Shown here piece by piece: positions 8,792 through 19,412 of a DNA stretch of 64,000 nt. Under the pieces are notes generated by a model. That model was not told the origin of the DNA, did no database searches, and saw nothing but the letters and a program-made list of their open reading frames with translations. The position numbers and the translations under genes were made by a program. The DNA is from a virus, in IMG/VR virus record IMGVR_UViG_3300037247_000655, positions 1 to 64,000 of that record, one strand, 5' to 3'. The first letter of the stretch is position 1; each line of letters opens with the position of its first letter.

Positions 8792-9076
8792 GTGTCAGCA
8801 AAAGTAGGAGATACAATCGTTGTTATTAATTCCCGTCTGGGAGATTGGTTCAATAAGGAATTCATAGTACATGCTTTAATAAAAACTATGCCTGAGTGGA
8901 TTTATATTAGAGGGGACAATTTTTCTGGATTATCAGCACTGTGTCCATCTGACTACAAGATGATAAAACATTCTTTGGCCACTTCCCGTTCCTCTTTGTC
9001 GTCTTGCTCCTACTGCAAAGGTACAGGAAAAATTAAATTACTAACTTCTACTGTAGATTGTGAGTGTGTTTTATGA
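8792..9076 (+). CDS. KOW-like plus CxxCxGTG Zn-finger family, member 3
   Basis: AKVGDTIVVI...CSYCKGTGKIKLLTSTVDCEC. Confidence 0.75.
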   Translation: MSAKVGDTIVVINSRLGDWFNKEFIVHALIKTMPEWIYIRGDNFSGLSALCPSDYKMIKHSLATSRSSLSSCSYCKGTGKIKLLTSTVDCECVL

Positions 9077-9462
9077 TTGATCATGAATTGAACATTAAGA
9101 TGGCCGAGCTATGTGGTTTCGTGGTATATCCAGAAGAAGATAGGTTACCAACCCCTGGGCATATCATGTATGTGTACGTTGCCAATGGGTGCCTGTATCT
9201 TGAAGAGCAGGGTGACTCTGTGTGGTGGAATCCAGTTGACGATTGGAATCAGGTATTCCGGTATGTGTTGCCAGCTATGGCTAAATATGGTCTAGATATT
9301 TCTATAGATTACCCGAGGAATCCAAATGGTTTTCATGATGTGATAGTATGCCCAGATCCTACAGGACCCGGCAATTCCACTGCAGCAAGCTTTGAAGATC
9401 AAGAAAATCCGTTACCACGTGTTGTCTGTGAAACTATTTTTAATGCTATTGAGAAGCTTTGA
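9064..9462 (+). CDS. Hypothetical protein
   Basis: ELNIKMAE...WNPVDDWNQ...PRVVCETI; in operon. Confidence 0.6.
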   Translation: MCFMIDHELNIKMAELCGFVVYPEEDRLPTPGHIMYVYVANGCLYLEEQGDSVWWNPVDDWNQVFRYVLPAMAKYGLDISIDYPRNPNGFHDVIVCPDPTGPGNSTAASFEDQENPLPRVVCETIFNAIEKL

Positions 9463-9471
9463 GGGGGTATC

Positions 9472-9774
9472 ATGACAAAAAAGACACAAGATTCATTGGC
9501 GTATTTATTTGCAATGATTTGTATGATTGGTGTTTGTTGTTTCATAATCATTGAGATTGTGAATTTGAAGGATAATTCATGTGTTGCTGTTACTCCAAAA
9601 CAATTAATCAGTGGCGTTATAGATCCTTGTGCCAGTCTATTCGGCAGTAGACAAACCATATATTCGTTGCAGTACGTAGGAAAGAGGAAAGAGACGGGCG
9701 CATATTGTGAAGTAAATGTAAGTGTTACAGAGCGCAAATATGAGAGTGCTATGTATGGATATAAAAATGAATAA
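9472..9774 (+). CDS. Membrane-anchored hypothetical protein
   Basis: N-terminal TM helix; RBS GAGGGG. Confidence 0.6.
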   Translation: MTKKTQDSLAYLFAMICMIGVCCFIIIEIVNLKDNSCVAVTPKQLISGVIDPCASLFGSRQTIYSLQYVGKRKETGAYCEVNVSVTERKYESAMYGYKNE

Positions 9775-9907
9775 TACACCTCTTTGGTTAGACGTGTTTG
9801 CGTTGATTGCTGTGATCATCATTATAGTACTAGCTATTGTATTAGCTTGTGGAGGATGCTTATGTTAGTTATCATTGGCCGGAATGTCCTGTCGCAAGGG
9901 GAGCTTA

Positions 9908-10165
9908 ATGAAATATGCTGAATTTGTAATGCCTATGGCAAGTGATCTGCTTCATTTATCCAATAGAGGATTAGAAGCTCAGGTCGCGAAGCAAATCCCA
10001 AAGATCGTACGGAGGATGCGGAAAGCGGCTATTAAAAGAGAGACGTGTATAGTAGTAGCATGTGCTTCTATGATAGAAGTAGATTATCTTGCAGATATCT
10101 TTAGGGATTATGGATATAGGGTTATAACCGATTGTTTTGAATTAGACATTTACTGGAATGAATGA
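9908..10165 (+). CDS. Hypothetical protein, tandem paralog of 10162..10503
   Basis: IVVACASMIEVDYLADIFRDYGYRV aligns with LVVNCRSKIERERLSEILTDFGYIV. Confidence 0.65.
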   Translation: MKYAEFVMPMASDLLHLSNRGLEAQVAKQIPKIVRRMRKAAIKRETCIVVACASMIEVDYLADIFRDYGYRVITDCFELDIYWNE

Positions 10166-10503
10166 GAGAGTTTGATATGAAATATAATATTCCAGGTGCA
10201 TCAGAAATGTTTTGTGCATCTAACACTTCTGCAGTTACTATTGCTGAGGATAGGGTGTCGACAATTGTCGCCAACATCAAAAAAATAGCGTCCACTGGAA
10301 AGACTTGGTTGGTTGTTAATTGTCGTTCTAAGATTGAGAGAGAACGTCTCTCTGAGATTCTTACAGATTTTGGATATATTGTTCATGCTTCACTAGAGCC
10401 ATTCGGTGAGATTGCCTTGGTTATTGATTGGTCATCAGTATCAGAGCGGTCAAGTGGGTGTCTAGGATTGTGGGCAAAATTCAAAAAATACTTTACTGGC
10501 TAG
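10162..10503 (+). CDS. Hypothetical protein, tandem paralog of 9908..10165
   Basis: Similarity to the preceding ORF. Confidence 0.65.
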   Translation: MREFDMKYNIPGASEMFCASNTSAVTIAEDRVSTIVANIKKIASTGKTWLVVNCRSKIERERLSEILTDFGYIVHASLEPFGEIALVIDWSSVSERSSGCLGLWAKFKKYFTG

Positions 10504-10520
10504 TATGTCAGGTGTCGGGT

Positions 10521-10555
10521 AGGGTTATTTTCGGTCTCGAAAATAATCTTTTTTA
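10521..10555 (+). terminator. Rho-independent terminator
   Basis: AGGGTTATTTTCG-gtct-CGAAAATAATCTT followed by a T run. Confidence 0.75.
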
Positions 10556-10558
10556 TTT

Positions 10559-10587
10559 GCAACAGAGGGCGTCTTTAGGCGTATAAT
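10559..10587 (+). promoter_or_regulatory. Class-1 promoter GCAACA-N15-CGTATAAT
   Basis: Recurrent motif directly after a terminator. Confidence 0.75.
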
Positions 10588-10625
10588 ACAACGGCGGTGA
10601 AGAGGTACTTCGTTGTTGGTCTTGT

Positions 10626-11672
10626 ATGAGAACTTTAATGGAATCCCACCTACATTTAAATCATTGGACCACTAACTGTTTCAAGCAGGTTGTTACGACT
10701 AAGCAGTATCAAGAGATTTTAGATAAGCATGGACCATGGGTCTTTAGGAGTGGTCAAAGGGCTAATATTAAGGGGAAGAAAATTGGGCTTGGGCGATATG
10801 AGGTTTGGCTGGACTTCCCAGGGAGTATGCATGATGGATAAATGTATTTGTTTCGGTTGTGGTAAAGAGTTGCAAATTGAGCCCGTGGACAACCCCGCTA
10901 CTATACATCCTGTCTATGGTGGCTTGGTTTTTCGTTCTTTGGGTAACTATGGGTCAACTGTTTTTGATCCGATAAGTCCTAGATTTGGTGGCTATAAAGG
11001 TGATTCATTGCTACAGATTGTAATCTGTGACGATTGTGTGACCAAGGAGGGGAAAGGTGTCATGCATGTTTACAATATAGATGATACAGGATCTGCCGAT
11101 ATCCAGACGTTTCGAAGTTAAATCTGATTGAGGTACTGTGCGATGAGTGATATTACATATTCATGGTGTGAGCGGTGTCGGAATAATTTTCCGCTAAGGA
11201 CTTCTAAATATGATGCTTTGGAGTTGTCTGGTGAAACATTTTATTGTGACGTTGGGCATCCGTTATTCATTACCCGGAAGAGTGTGGTATCTCGCATGAG
11301 GGGTGCTGGGCGTAGTTCTGACCGGAAGTCTCGCACGATTGATAGGTTGATGAAGAGTCTCGAATCTCAAAGGGGTGTAGCCACTCGCTGTCGTAATCGT
11401 TTAGTGCGTGGGTGTTGTCCCTATTGCGGAATCTTGATGGATAATATTTGTCGCCATGTTAAGTTATACCATAATTTTAAGTCAAAGTGATGATGGCATT
11501 CGAGACATGTCCAAACTGTAATGCGTGGCATACTGATTATATGAAACCTATGGTTTTGTGTGGGCGAGACAAAGAAATGCAGTGTGACGTTTGTGGCCAT
11601 AGTTTTAAGCTACCTGATTGTGATGCTGTGATAGAACTGGCGAGACAACAGAGGGATAAGAAGTATGAATGA
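10626..11672 (+). CDS. Four small hypothetical proteins (10626..10841, 10831..11121, 11128..11490, 11487..11672), three with CxxC pairs
   Basis: Overlapping, translationally coupled ORFs with Zn-ribbon-like Cys pairs. Confidence 0.55.
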
Positions 11673-12321
11673 AATTAATATTGTTTCTTTAGACTTAGAG
11701 ACCAGCGGACTAGATGTAGGCTTCCATGTGCCGCTGTCAATCGGTGCTGTTAAACTAGATTTGTTATCCAACGGTTATAATTCAGAAAATTCTTTCTATG
11801 TACAATTAGAATGGGATTCAGCACAAATAGATCCTAAGGCTCTAAAAGTTAACAAATTGGACATAGTTAATCCACCAGGTAAAACAGGTATGTTACACTG
11901 CAATAGTCTTCCCTCGGCTGAGGGTATAGAAGCTTTTAAGACTTGGTTGAACAACACTCCCCGGCCTTATGATGAAAAGATTGTGGCTTTGGGAAAAAAT
12001 GTTGGTTCATTTGACTTGCCAATGTTGAGATCAGTGTGGAATCATGGATGGAATCGTGACTGGCCTTTTCATTACAGGTCTATTGATATTAATACCCTTT
12101 TGTTCACTGTGTGTGAAATTACTGGCTCGTCTTTTGTTGATATATCAAGGGCAGTCTCGGAACGCGCATGGGGTTTGCAGAGACGACTATTCGAGGATGT
12201 TCAAATAACTCACATGCCTCCTCATCACGCCCTTGCAGATGCGTGGTGGAATGTTTTCGCTAGACGGGAATGTATGGTATACTTTGGTCATAAGCTACAG
12301 GAAATTAAGGGGAGTAAATAA
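11665..12321 (+). CDS. DEDDh 3'-5' exonuclease (DnaQ/RNase T-like)
   Basis: SLDLETSGLD, GKNVGSFD, HHALADA. Confidence 0.85.
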   Translation: MNEINIVSLDLETSGLDVGFHVPLSIGAVKLDLLSNGYNSENSFYVQLEWDSAQIDPKALKVNKLDIVNPPGKTGMLHCNSLPSAEGIEAFKTWLNNTPRPYDEKIVALGKNVGSFDLPMLRSVWNHGWNRDWPFHYRSIDINTLLFTVCEITGSSFVDISRAVSERAWGLQRRLFEDVQITHMPPHHALADAWWNVFARRECMVYFGHKLQEIKGSK

Positions 12322-12861
12322 TGGCATCTAGAGGCCCTGTATATAAAGAGGAGAATGCGGTCATTGGCAAGGAATTCCTCGATGAATTGAATGAAGCGGT
12401 TGACGACTTAGCACAAAAAATGAAGGCTAGTTTGCCAATTAAGAATGGTACTTGTAACATCGGTTTCGGTGTCAGCAAGGCGCATCGTAGTTTAGCTGCG
12501 GACAGGGTTATATCTATTGCTAGGGCAATAAAAAGTCTTAAGGGTTGGTAATATGAGAGTTCCTCCGAATCATCCTTTAGCAGAACTGTTAGGCAAGTTG
12601 CTTTTCGGTATTGAGAATGTTCCTGTAAAAGAGCAGACTCGGATGGTTCGCCGTGCTAGTAGGGAGGCTACAAAATGGCACGAGAATGAGGTGTCTAGAA
12701 TGAGGTGGTGGATAAAGGACTTCGAGATAGATGCTGTATTGACCGATATGAATTGTCCTGAATGCAATAACCGTCTTGGAGAATTTACCAGACCATATCA
12801 TCCTGGTTGTCACAAGAGTGACTGTGATCTTGGCAATATGCTCTCTGACAAGAAGACATAA
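12321..12861 (+). CDS. Two hypothetical proteins (12321..12551, 12553..12861)
   Basis: Coupled ORFs with RBSs. Confidence 0.55.
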
Positions 12862-13416
12862 ATGTCTATTAAGGCACATAAAATCATTGTTGTTGATCTT
12901 GAATTGACATGTTGGGGTGATCCATCTCGTTATGAAGATATGGAGATAATAGAGATTGGTTTGTGTGTACTTGATTGTAAGACGTGGGAAATAGGCAGGA
13001 GATCTTCCATACTGGTCAGACCCAGTCTTTTAGATATTAGTGATTATTGTCGCGAACTCACTGGTTTAACCAAGGATAGATTAAAAGAGAACGGTGTACC
13101 ATTGCACGAAGCTATTAATAGTATCGCTAAGCAGTATTCCACAAAGAAGCTAGGATGGGCTGCATGGGGCAATGGTGACAGGAAGCGTATGGTTCAGGAA
13201 TGTGCTGATAAAAATATACCATATCCATTTACAGATGAATATCTAAATATTTCCCATTTATATGCCATGTCTATTGGTAAAACTACTAGAGTAGGTTTAC
13301 GAAAGGCGATCGGGCGGGCAGGTTTGGAATTTGAGGGTCGTCCACATAGTGCTGCCGATGATGCTTTTAACGCTGCAAGAATACTGCGTTGTATATTGGA
13401 TAACAAAGGGCGTTGA
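12862..13416 (+). CDS. DEDDh exonuclease, KapD/ERI-1-like
   Basis: VVDLELTCW, EIIEIG, WGNGD, HSAADDA. Confidence 0.85.
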   Translation: MSIKAHKIIVVDLELTCWGDPSRYEDMEIIEIGLCVLDCKTWEIGRRSSILVRPSLLDISDYCRELTGLTKDRLKENGVPLHEAINSIAKQYSTKKLGWAAWGNGDRKRMVQECADKNIPYPFTDEYLNISHLYAMSIGKTTRVGLRKAIGRAGLEFEGRPHSAADDAFNAARILRCILDNKGR

Positions 13417-13417
13417 T

Positions 13418-13681
13418 ATGAAGAAGAGTGGGTGGAACAAAGCCTCGTCATACTACACGTATGTTTTTATGGGTAGTGTCTTATTGAGCTGTGGTCGTAT
13501 TCGGCTCCGTTCTGGCAGATTTGTTTGGCGCAGTAGATCTACTTTTGAAGGTAATTGTAAAATTGGTCCTGAGAGATCATCCCTTGAATTGGCCAAATAT
13601 GATGCTGAGAGATTAGGTGCTGAATTATTAATTGATTGCCAAAGTGCACTGGATAGAGAAAAAGGAAATTTCGGACTCTAA
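13418..13681 (+). CDS. Hypothetical protein, paralog of 8326..8625
   Basis: Internal similarity (see 8326..8625). Confidence 0.65.
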   Translation: MKKSGWNKASSYYTYVFMGSVLLSCGRIRLRSGRFVWRSRSTFEGNCKIGPERSSLELAKYDAERLGAELLIDCQSALDREKGNFGL

Positions 13682-13714
13682 AATGTTTCTGTTCGATGCT
13701 ATAGGCGGTTATTA

Positions 13715-14148
13715 ATGGCTGTTAGTTGGGATAAAGAAAATTGCAAACATTGTTCTTGTGTCAATTGGATATATCACGGGGATACTTCTGATTTAACAGT
13801 CCCTGATACTCTGGGTTATGTATGTTGTAGGTGTTTCGGTGTAAATTCATTTTGTGATGGTCTTGACATAGAAGACGACGACCCATCTCTATATGAATTG
13901 GGTTATGAAAATCCTTTTTGATTGGAAAGTGAGAGTGTGGTATGAAGATTGGTAATAGGGTTCGAATAGTTAGGTGTGCACATTGTCCTGCTGTTGTGGG
14001 TAAGGAAGCTACGATAACAGATTTTAGAGTAGAGATGTGTGATACGTATGCTTGTTTACGGTTTGGTCGCGGTAGACCAATGAAGGATCGCCCTAAGTCT
14101 ATAAAGATGGATGACCTGTCCTTAGTCGTGAGAGAAATTGAAGCCTAA
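13715..14148 (+). CDS. Two small proteins: Zn-ribbon-like 13715..13921 and KOW-like 13942..14148
   Basis: CxxC pairs; MKIGNRVRIV. Confidence 0.55.
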
Positions 14149-14203
14149 TCGGTTTGACTCAAGCAGGATGGTAGATAAGTAATATTGAAAAAAGGATAGA
14201 TTC

Positions 14204-15412
14204 GTGAAAATAGTTGCATTGCAAGCTGAAAATATTAAACATTTGAAGGTTGTTAATATACGACCGGACGGTTCATTGGTTGTTGTTGGCGGGGACAATG
14301 AGGCAGGAAAGAGCAGTCTACTAGATTCTATCGAATACGCTCTGGGTGGAGCCGGATCTATTCCTCCCAAACCAATTAGAGATGGAAAACAGAAAGCTCG
14401 TGTAGTGGTCGATCTAGGAGATATAGAAGTTACACGTACTTTCACTGAGAAGGGTACTAATCTAACAGTAAAGAATAAGGACGGCAAATCATTTGCATCT
14501 CCCCAGACAATGCTCGATCAGCTAGTAGGTGAGCTAACGTTCGATCCTCTGGAATTTGCCAATATGGATGCTAAGAGACAACGATCTGTTTTGAAGAAGC
14601 TTGTTGGGTTAGATTTCGACCAGCTAGATGCTGATTACAAAAAGATTTTCGACGAGAGAACAGTAGTTAATCGTCGAGGTAAAGATCTAAAGTCTACACT
14701 GGATGGCATGGAAAGACATGATGGTGTGCCCGACATAGAAGTGTCCATAAAGGAACTGGGAGATAAATATGCTTTTGCTTTGGATCAAAATCAAAAGGTA
14801 GATGTTCTACAAAGTGAGATTACTGGTTCTCTGGAGGAGATAGATGGTCTGCAAAAAAGAATAGACATGTTGTTGAAAGATGTTAAGCAAAAACAGAAAG
14901 CTCTAGACAGCACGGCAGTTGTCGATGTCGCATCTCTTCAAAAGCAAATGTCTGACTTAGACGACACTAATGTCAAGGTTCGTGCTAATAAGAAGTTTGC
15001 ACAGACAGAACTAGAACTCGTAGCCCTTAGAGAAAAATCTCTATCGTTGTGTGAGGAAATGTCTGACATCGCAGGTACTAAAGAAAAGACATTGGCTAAG
15101 GCACAGTTTCCAATAGAAGGGTTGGATATTGACGGCGAGGGTGTTACTTTTGATGATCTGCCATTTTCTCAGTGTTCTTCTGGTCAAAAGATAAAAATAT
15201 CAGTAGCAATTGGTTTAGCCATGAATCCTAAGCTTCGTGTTCTGTTGATCCGAGAAGGGTCTCTGCTTGATGCGAAGAACTTGGAGATGGTTGCGAAGAT
15301 GGCAAAAGAGGCTGATGCACAGATCTGGATTGAAAGGGTGAGTAAGGGTAGTGAGTGTTCTGTTATCATAGAAGACGGGTCTGTTCTATCAAAGGAGGCA
15401 GCCAGTGTCTGA
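14204..15412 (+). CDS. SMC/RecN-like ABC ATPase with coiled coil (AAA_23 type)
   Basis: Walker A GDNEAGKSS, central coiled coil, signature CSSGQ, degenerate Walker B LLIREG. Confidence 0.85.
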   Translation: MKIVALQAENIKHLKVVNIRPDGSLVVVGGDNEAGKSSLLDSIEYALGGAGSIPPKPIRDGKQKARVVVDLGDIEVTRTFTEKGTNLTVKNKDGKSFASPQTMLDQLVGELTFDPLEFANMDAKRQRSVLKKLVGLDFDQLDADYKKIFDERTVVNRRGKDLKSTLDGMERHDGVPDIEVSIKELGDKYAFALDQNQKVDVLQSEITGSLEEIDGLQKRIDMLLKDVKQKQKALDSTAVVDVASLQKQMSDLDDTNVKVRANKKFAQTELELVALREKSLSLCEEMSDIAGTKEKTLAKAQFPIEGLDIDGEGVTFDDLPFSQCSSGQKIKISVAIGLAMNPKLRVLLIREGSLLDAKNLEMVAKMAKEADAQIWIERVSKGSECSVIIEDGSVLSKEAASV

Positions 15413-16014
15413 AACAGAAGACTTGGGCCTCAACCCGAATGGATCGCATTTATTTCGTAAACCGAATGGCGTAGGTGGGTATGTTTATATTTCCGACGAG
15501 ATAGGTGGTGGCGTGGTGGTCTGGGATACCGCACTGGTATCTGAAGCTACTCTCTTAGCTGCTCTTGTGTCCGAACATCACAGGTTCTATATAGAATGCC
15601 AAGACAAAAGACGTTCACGACCACCTATGGCTAATATAGATAATGTTGCGGTGATCAATAGCTTAGCTATACTGGATCGCAGTATAGATGACATTCGTGG
15701 AGGTAATACGCAATCGGCGAAATTGGCTATCCAGGAGCTTGCAGATAGTCTCAGCTTACAACTACCGAGGAAAAACGACAATGCATGAAGACAAAGACAA
15801 TAAGGTTAATCTTGACATTTGTCATAGGATCGAGCGAATGTGCCGTTACTCTTCGTTAGAAGGTGATGAGGTTTCTGATCAATCGATAAAGGATAGGCAT
15901 ATCGTCGCTGACCTATATGTTTTTTATATCAAGGAGGGTAGAGACACGGAGGAAGCAGAGAGATTCGCCAGAGCGAATGCTGTTAGGGTAATACTATTGG
16001 ATGTGATGCCATGA
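15405..16014 (+). CDS. Two hypothetical proteins (15405..15788 and about 15781..16014)
   Basis: Coupled ORFs. Confidence 0.5.
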
Positions 16015-16812
16015 GACCTGCTTGGTTAATTCAAACAAATATAGAAGGTATAGACACTGGACCGATGATATCAGAGGTTCGTGCTCAGGGCGTGGAGGTA
16101 CGTGAATTCTGCCATAAACTCGGGATGTCGTTAGGTCTCAGTATTATGGATCATAAGTTGTCTACGATATGTTACGGAGACATTGATTTCGTGCGACGAG
16201 TACTTCTCAAATCACCATTCATTCCCGGTGCATGGTGTAATATCGTCAACATGAAATGCAGCACCTATTATGCTCATCTGGGAGAACACTTACTCAACGA
16301 ACAATACATTATGTTGCCGTGTGGAGACTTACCACGAAGATGGACAGAGGTGGTTGATATACTAGGTGGAGGACCTTTGTTCGTTCGACCAGATAGCGGC
16401 ATGAAACCATTTACAGGATATGTTGTTGACACAGACAGGGGGCACGAAATCGAATCGCTAATACGAGCGATTGGACCTGAAACCCTGGTCGTCGTTGCAC
16501 CAAAGAAGACGCTTAAAAATGAGTGGCGATTTGTTGTTTGTGAACGCAAAGTCGTGGCAGGATGTAGATATCTCCCAGATGAATCTCAGTTTTTCACCCC
16601 CACCTCCTTGTCGTCTGGCAAAAATTGTGGCTACTAATGAATGGCAACCAGATATCTGTTATACAGTAGATATAGCAGAAGAAACTAATGGTAAGATTTC
16701 TTTATTGGAAATCAACAGCTTTAGTTGCGCAGGATTTTATGATTGCGATATATCATCTATTGTCTCATCTGCAAGTAAAGCTGCTATCAACGAATGGAAA
16801 GAATATTTTTGA
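16011..16812 (+). pseudogene. ATP-grasp protein (R2K clade, DUF4343-like) split by a +1 frameshift near 16590-16612
   Basis: FVRPDSGMKPFTG and EWRFVV...VAGCRY in ORF 16011; YTVDIA...LLEINSFSCAGFY in the +1 frame ORF. Confidence 0.75.
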
Positions 16813-16825
16813 TTAGGAGAGAATA

Positions 16826-17275
16826 ATGTTTGGAGCAAAGAAAAGTATATATGACTTCTACGTAGGAGGTCCCATGAGGCACTATCCAAAGTTAAACAAG
16901 CCTATGTTCGATTTAGTGTCACATTTACTAAGAGAACAAGAATTTACTGTTTGGAGTCCAGCAGAACACGAGAGTTATTTGAAACTATCGTTTGCACAGT
17001 GTATAACTGTTGATTTGAATATGGTTATCAATAAGTGTAGAAAAATTGCTTTGTTACCTGGATGGAGAAAGTCTTTAGGCGCTAATATGGAAGCGTTCTC
17101 TGCTTTTGCATGTGGGAAAGATGCTTTTGAGGTCATACTGAATGATGAAAAAACTTCTATAGAATTAAATCCGCTAGATCTCAGTTCGTATCGTTTGCCA
17201 TATCAGGACGGGGAAATACACAAGTTCGACCCACATTCATGTCCTGTTGATGCGGATAAACCATCTCAACAATAG
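16826..17275 (+). CDS. DUF4406 / nucleoside 2-deoxyribosyltransferase-like protein
   Basis: YVGGPMRHYPKLNKPMF...LLPGWRKSLGANME. Confidence 0.8.
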   Translation: MFGAKKSIYDFYVGGPMRHYPKLNKPMFDLVSHLLREQEFTVWSPAEHESYLKLSFAQCITVDLNMVINKCRKIALLPGWRKSLGANMEAFSAFACGKDAFEVILNDEKTSIELNPLDLSSYRLPYQDGEIHKFDPHSCPVDADKPSQQ

Positions 17276-17368
17276 GTGCTATACATATGTGGTAGAATCT
17301 TCGCGTATCTCCATAGATAAAACACAATACTATTATAGTAACGACGCAGCATGCGATGGTTTTTTGTT

Positions 17369-17659
17369 TCAATCCATTCTCCCATCAGAATCGTCAGACT
17401 TGTCCTCTAATATACGTCTAAGGTCATCTCGTTCTCTTCTCGTAGCTTCTAGATCGAACAGAATGTATTTCAGACATATTCTTAGATCTGTCAATGAGTC
17501 ATTAACTTTATCTACACTGTTTTTCATGTCTATATGTTTTTGTTCCATTGCTTTTCCAACTGGTTCTAGAGCTTTACGCTGATCTTCTGGCAATTTGGCT
17601 ATTTCACGAATAAGATCCCTAATTTTAGAATGTACGTCTTCTTCTTTCATCTCAAACAT
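17369..17659 (-). CDS. Hypothetical coiled-coil protein
   Basis: Heptad pattern; RBS AAGGA. Confidence 0.6.
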   Translation of the reverse strand: MFEMKEEDVHSKIRDLIREIAKLPEDQRKALEPVGKAMEQKHIDMKNSVDKVNDSLTDLRICLKYILFDLEATRRERDDLRRILEDKSDDSDGRMD

Positions 17660-18318
17660 CCTTTCTGTTTCTGGGGGATAGGAGGCATAGGAGGTGGTGG
17701 TCCTACCTTTAGGCCAGTAGACGACCAGATTACTTTTAAATGACTCGCATTGACTATATCATCAGCGACTACTGTGTATCGTCCGAATCTCTTTTTCCCT
17801 ATTATGCTGAAGATACTCTTACACCACGGTGCTCTGTTGTAGCAATGGCTAATTAATTCAGTACAACTGAATCGCAACGAATCATTGAACTCAAATGCAA
17901 AATCATATTCGCTACCAATTGTTTTTGGAGCCAATTTCAGAGCCCTGTCCCTATCCTTATCTGGCGCTCGTAACACTACAACATGATCTGTCCGCATAAA
18001 ATCTATCAAATCGTCGACCACTACTCCGTCGCTTATTGCGTGGACGACCTGATGGTTTTTGTTATCAAGTTTGCCTATATATATTCCAGCGTGGTTCCAC
18101 CAACCTGGGATTAGCCACTTGTCTACATACCCCTCAAATCTTCGCACAAGCACATCCCCCGGTCGTATTAATTGTTCTACTTCTCTGTAGTGTTTCCCTT
18201 TTAATCTGAATGTCTGAGCGTTGATTGTCAACCACATAGGGTGTAGAAATCCATGCCACCGGATATCGCCAATAAATGTAAACAATGCTTTCTGTATTCT
18301 GTATCGAAACTTACTCAT
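17647..18318 (-). CDS. Permuted papain-like amidase (YaeF/YiiX, NlpC/P60 superfamily)
   Basis: PGDVLV, WNHAGIY, YDF...FSCTELI. Confidence 0.85.
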   Translation of the reverse strand: MSKFRYRIQKALFTFIGDIRWHGFLHPMWLTINAQTFRLKGKHYREVEQLIRPGDVLVRRFEGYVDKWLIPGWWNHAGIYIGKLDNKNHQVVHAISDGVVVDDLIDFMRTDHVVVLRAPDKDRDRALKLAPKTIGSEYDFAFEFNDSLRFSCTELISHCYNRAPWCKSIFSIIGKKRFGRYTVVADDIVNASHLKVIWSSTGLKVGPPPPMPPIPQKQKGCLR

Positions 18319-18346
18319 CAGGATAACCCTTTCTTATTTTGTCTAG

Positions 18347-18772
18347 CTACTCTATTATACACCTATATTCAGTAGCCAATTCCTCCCATTTATCATAAGA
18401 TAAATCTGCTATAATGTGACACTTTTTACATAGATATAGTAAAAAGAAAGGTCTAGAATAATCCGGATGGTGTCCCTCCACGTATTCATCAGAGTCACAC
18501 ACCTCGCATAGCTCAGGGGGAGAGAATTTACCAGACTTGACAGCTTGTCTGACTAGATACCTGGCGTGATGTTTCTCTGGGAACTTTTCCTTGTCCCTGC
18601 GGGTATTAATAGCGTTTTTAGTGATAGGTTCTTGTTTGCGATCTTCGTTGGTTAACTTGGAGGCACAAGATTTAGTGCAGGCATGTTTCTTTCCCAGTTT
18701 TTTTGTTTGATTAATTCTTTTCTGTGGCTTAAGGAATGATTTGCCGCACCATGAACATTCGACGAAAGCCAT
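18347..18772 (-). CDS. HNH endonuclease with N-terminal Zn finger
   Basis: CSWCG...C; CEVC...GHHPDYS...LCKKCH. Confidence 0.8.
   Translation of the reverse strand: MAFVECSWCGKSFLKPQKRINQTKKLGKKHACTKSCASKLTNEDRKQEPITKNAINTRRDKEKFPEKHHARYLVRQAVKSGKFSPPELCEVCDSDEYVEGHHPDYSRPFFLLYLCKKCHIIADLSYDKWEELATEYRCIIE
18355..18363 (-). promoter_or_regulatory. Class-2 (late-type) promoter GGTGTATAA
   Basis: Recurrent motif upstream of the amidase gene. Confidence 0.55.
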
Positions 18773-18792
18773 TTTACTCTATCCTCCAGCAA

Positions 18793-19412
18793 TTATTGGA
18801 TCTGCATTTTTTGCATGACATCTTCTACTTTGCCGATACACTGATGGTGGTCGGATTCGAATACCTCAATGAAATCCTCCGGGTCCAGCGGTGCTGGTGC
18901 TTCGTATTCATAATTAATGAAACCTGCTTCTGGTAAAATCATGGTTATGTGCTGTTTGATAATTTCTATCTGTTTACCAGGTAGGGCAATCGCCAATATT
19001 GGCATTTCAGGCTCTGGTTTCTCGTTTTTCTTTGCGTATCTACACGATGCAATATACACCCTCTCTACGGCTGCGAAACAGATCATTCGTTTCCAGCGAA
19101 GAAGCAAGAAGGCAATAAGTTGCTTGCGACTAGATGGATTTATTAACATGTCTACGTCCTTACCTCAGTCTTGATTTCGTCTGCGCAGTCTTCTGCTAGA
19201 CCATGCAGGTCTTTGGATCGTTGTTCAATCACATCTATATTGAAATTGCGTTGTATTTTTTGACACGGTTCATCATTGGATCGTTCCACTTTAATAACAA
19301 CAAATAATGTCGAACGAAAGTACGTGGTGCTAAATGTCCAGTTAGAAGGGGATTTGGCCCATAATAAGTTCTCAAATATTTGCATTACTTTCGGTTTGGA
19401 GATCTTAGACAC
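18793..19412 (-). CDS. Two hypothetical proteins (18793..19149, 19152..19412)
   Basis: Coupled ORFs with GAGG RBSs. Confidence 0.55.

Noticed and set aside
6422-9076. Diversity-generating retroelement behind the paralog families
   Set aside because: No reverse transcriptase in the window, and no near-identical template/variable pair with adenine-specific differences was seen.
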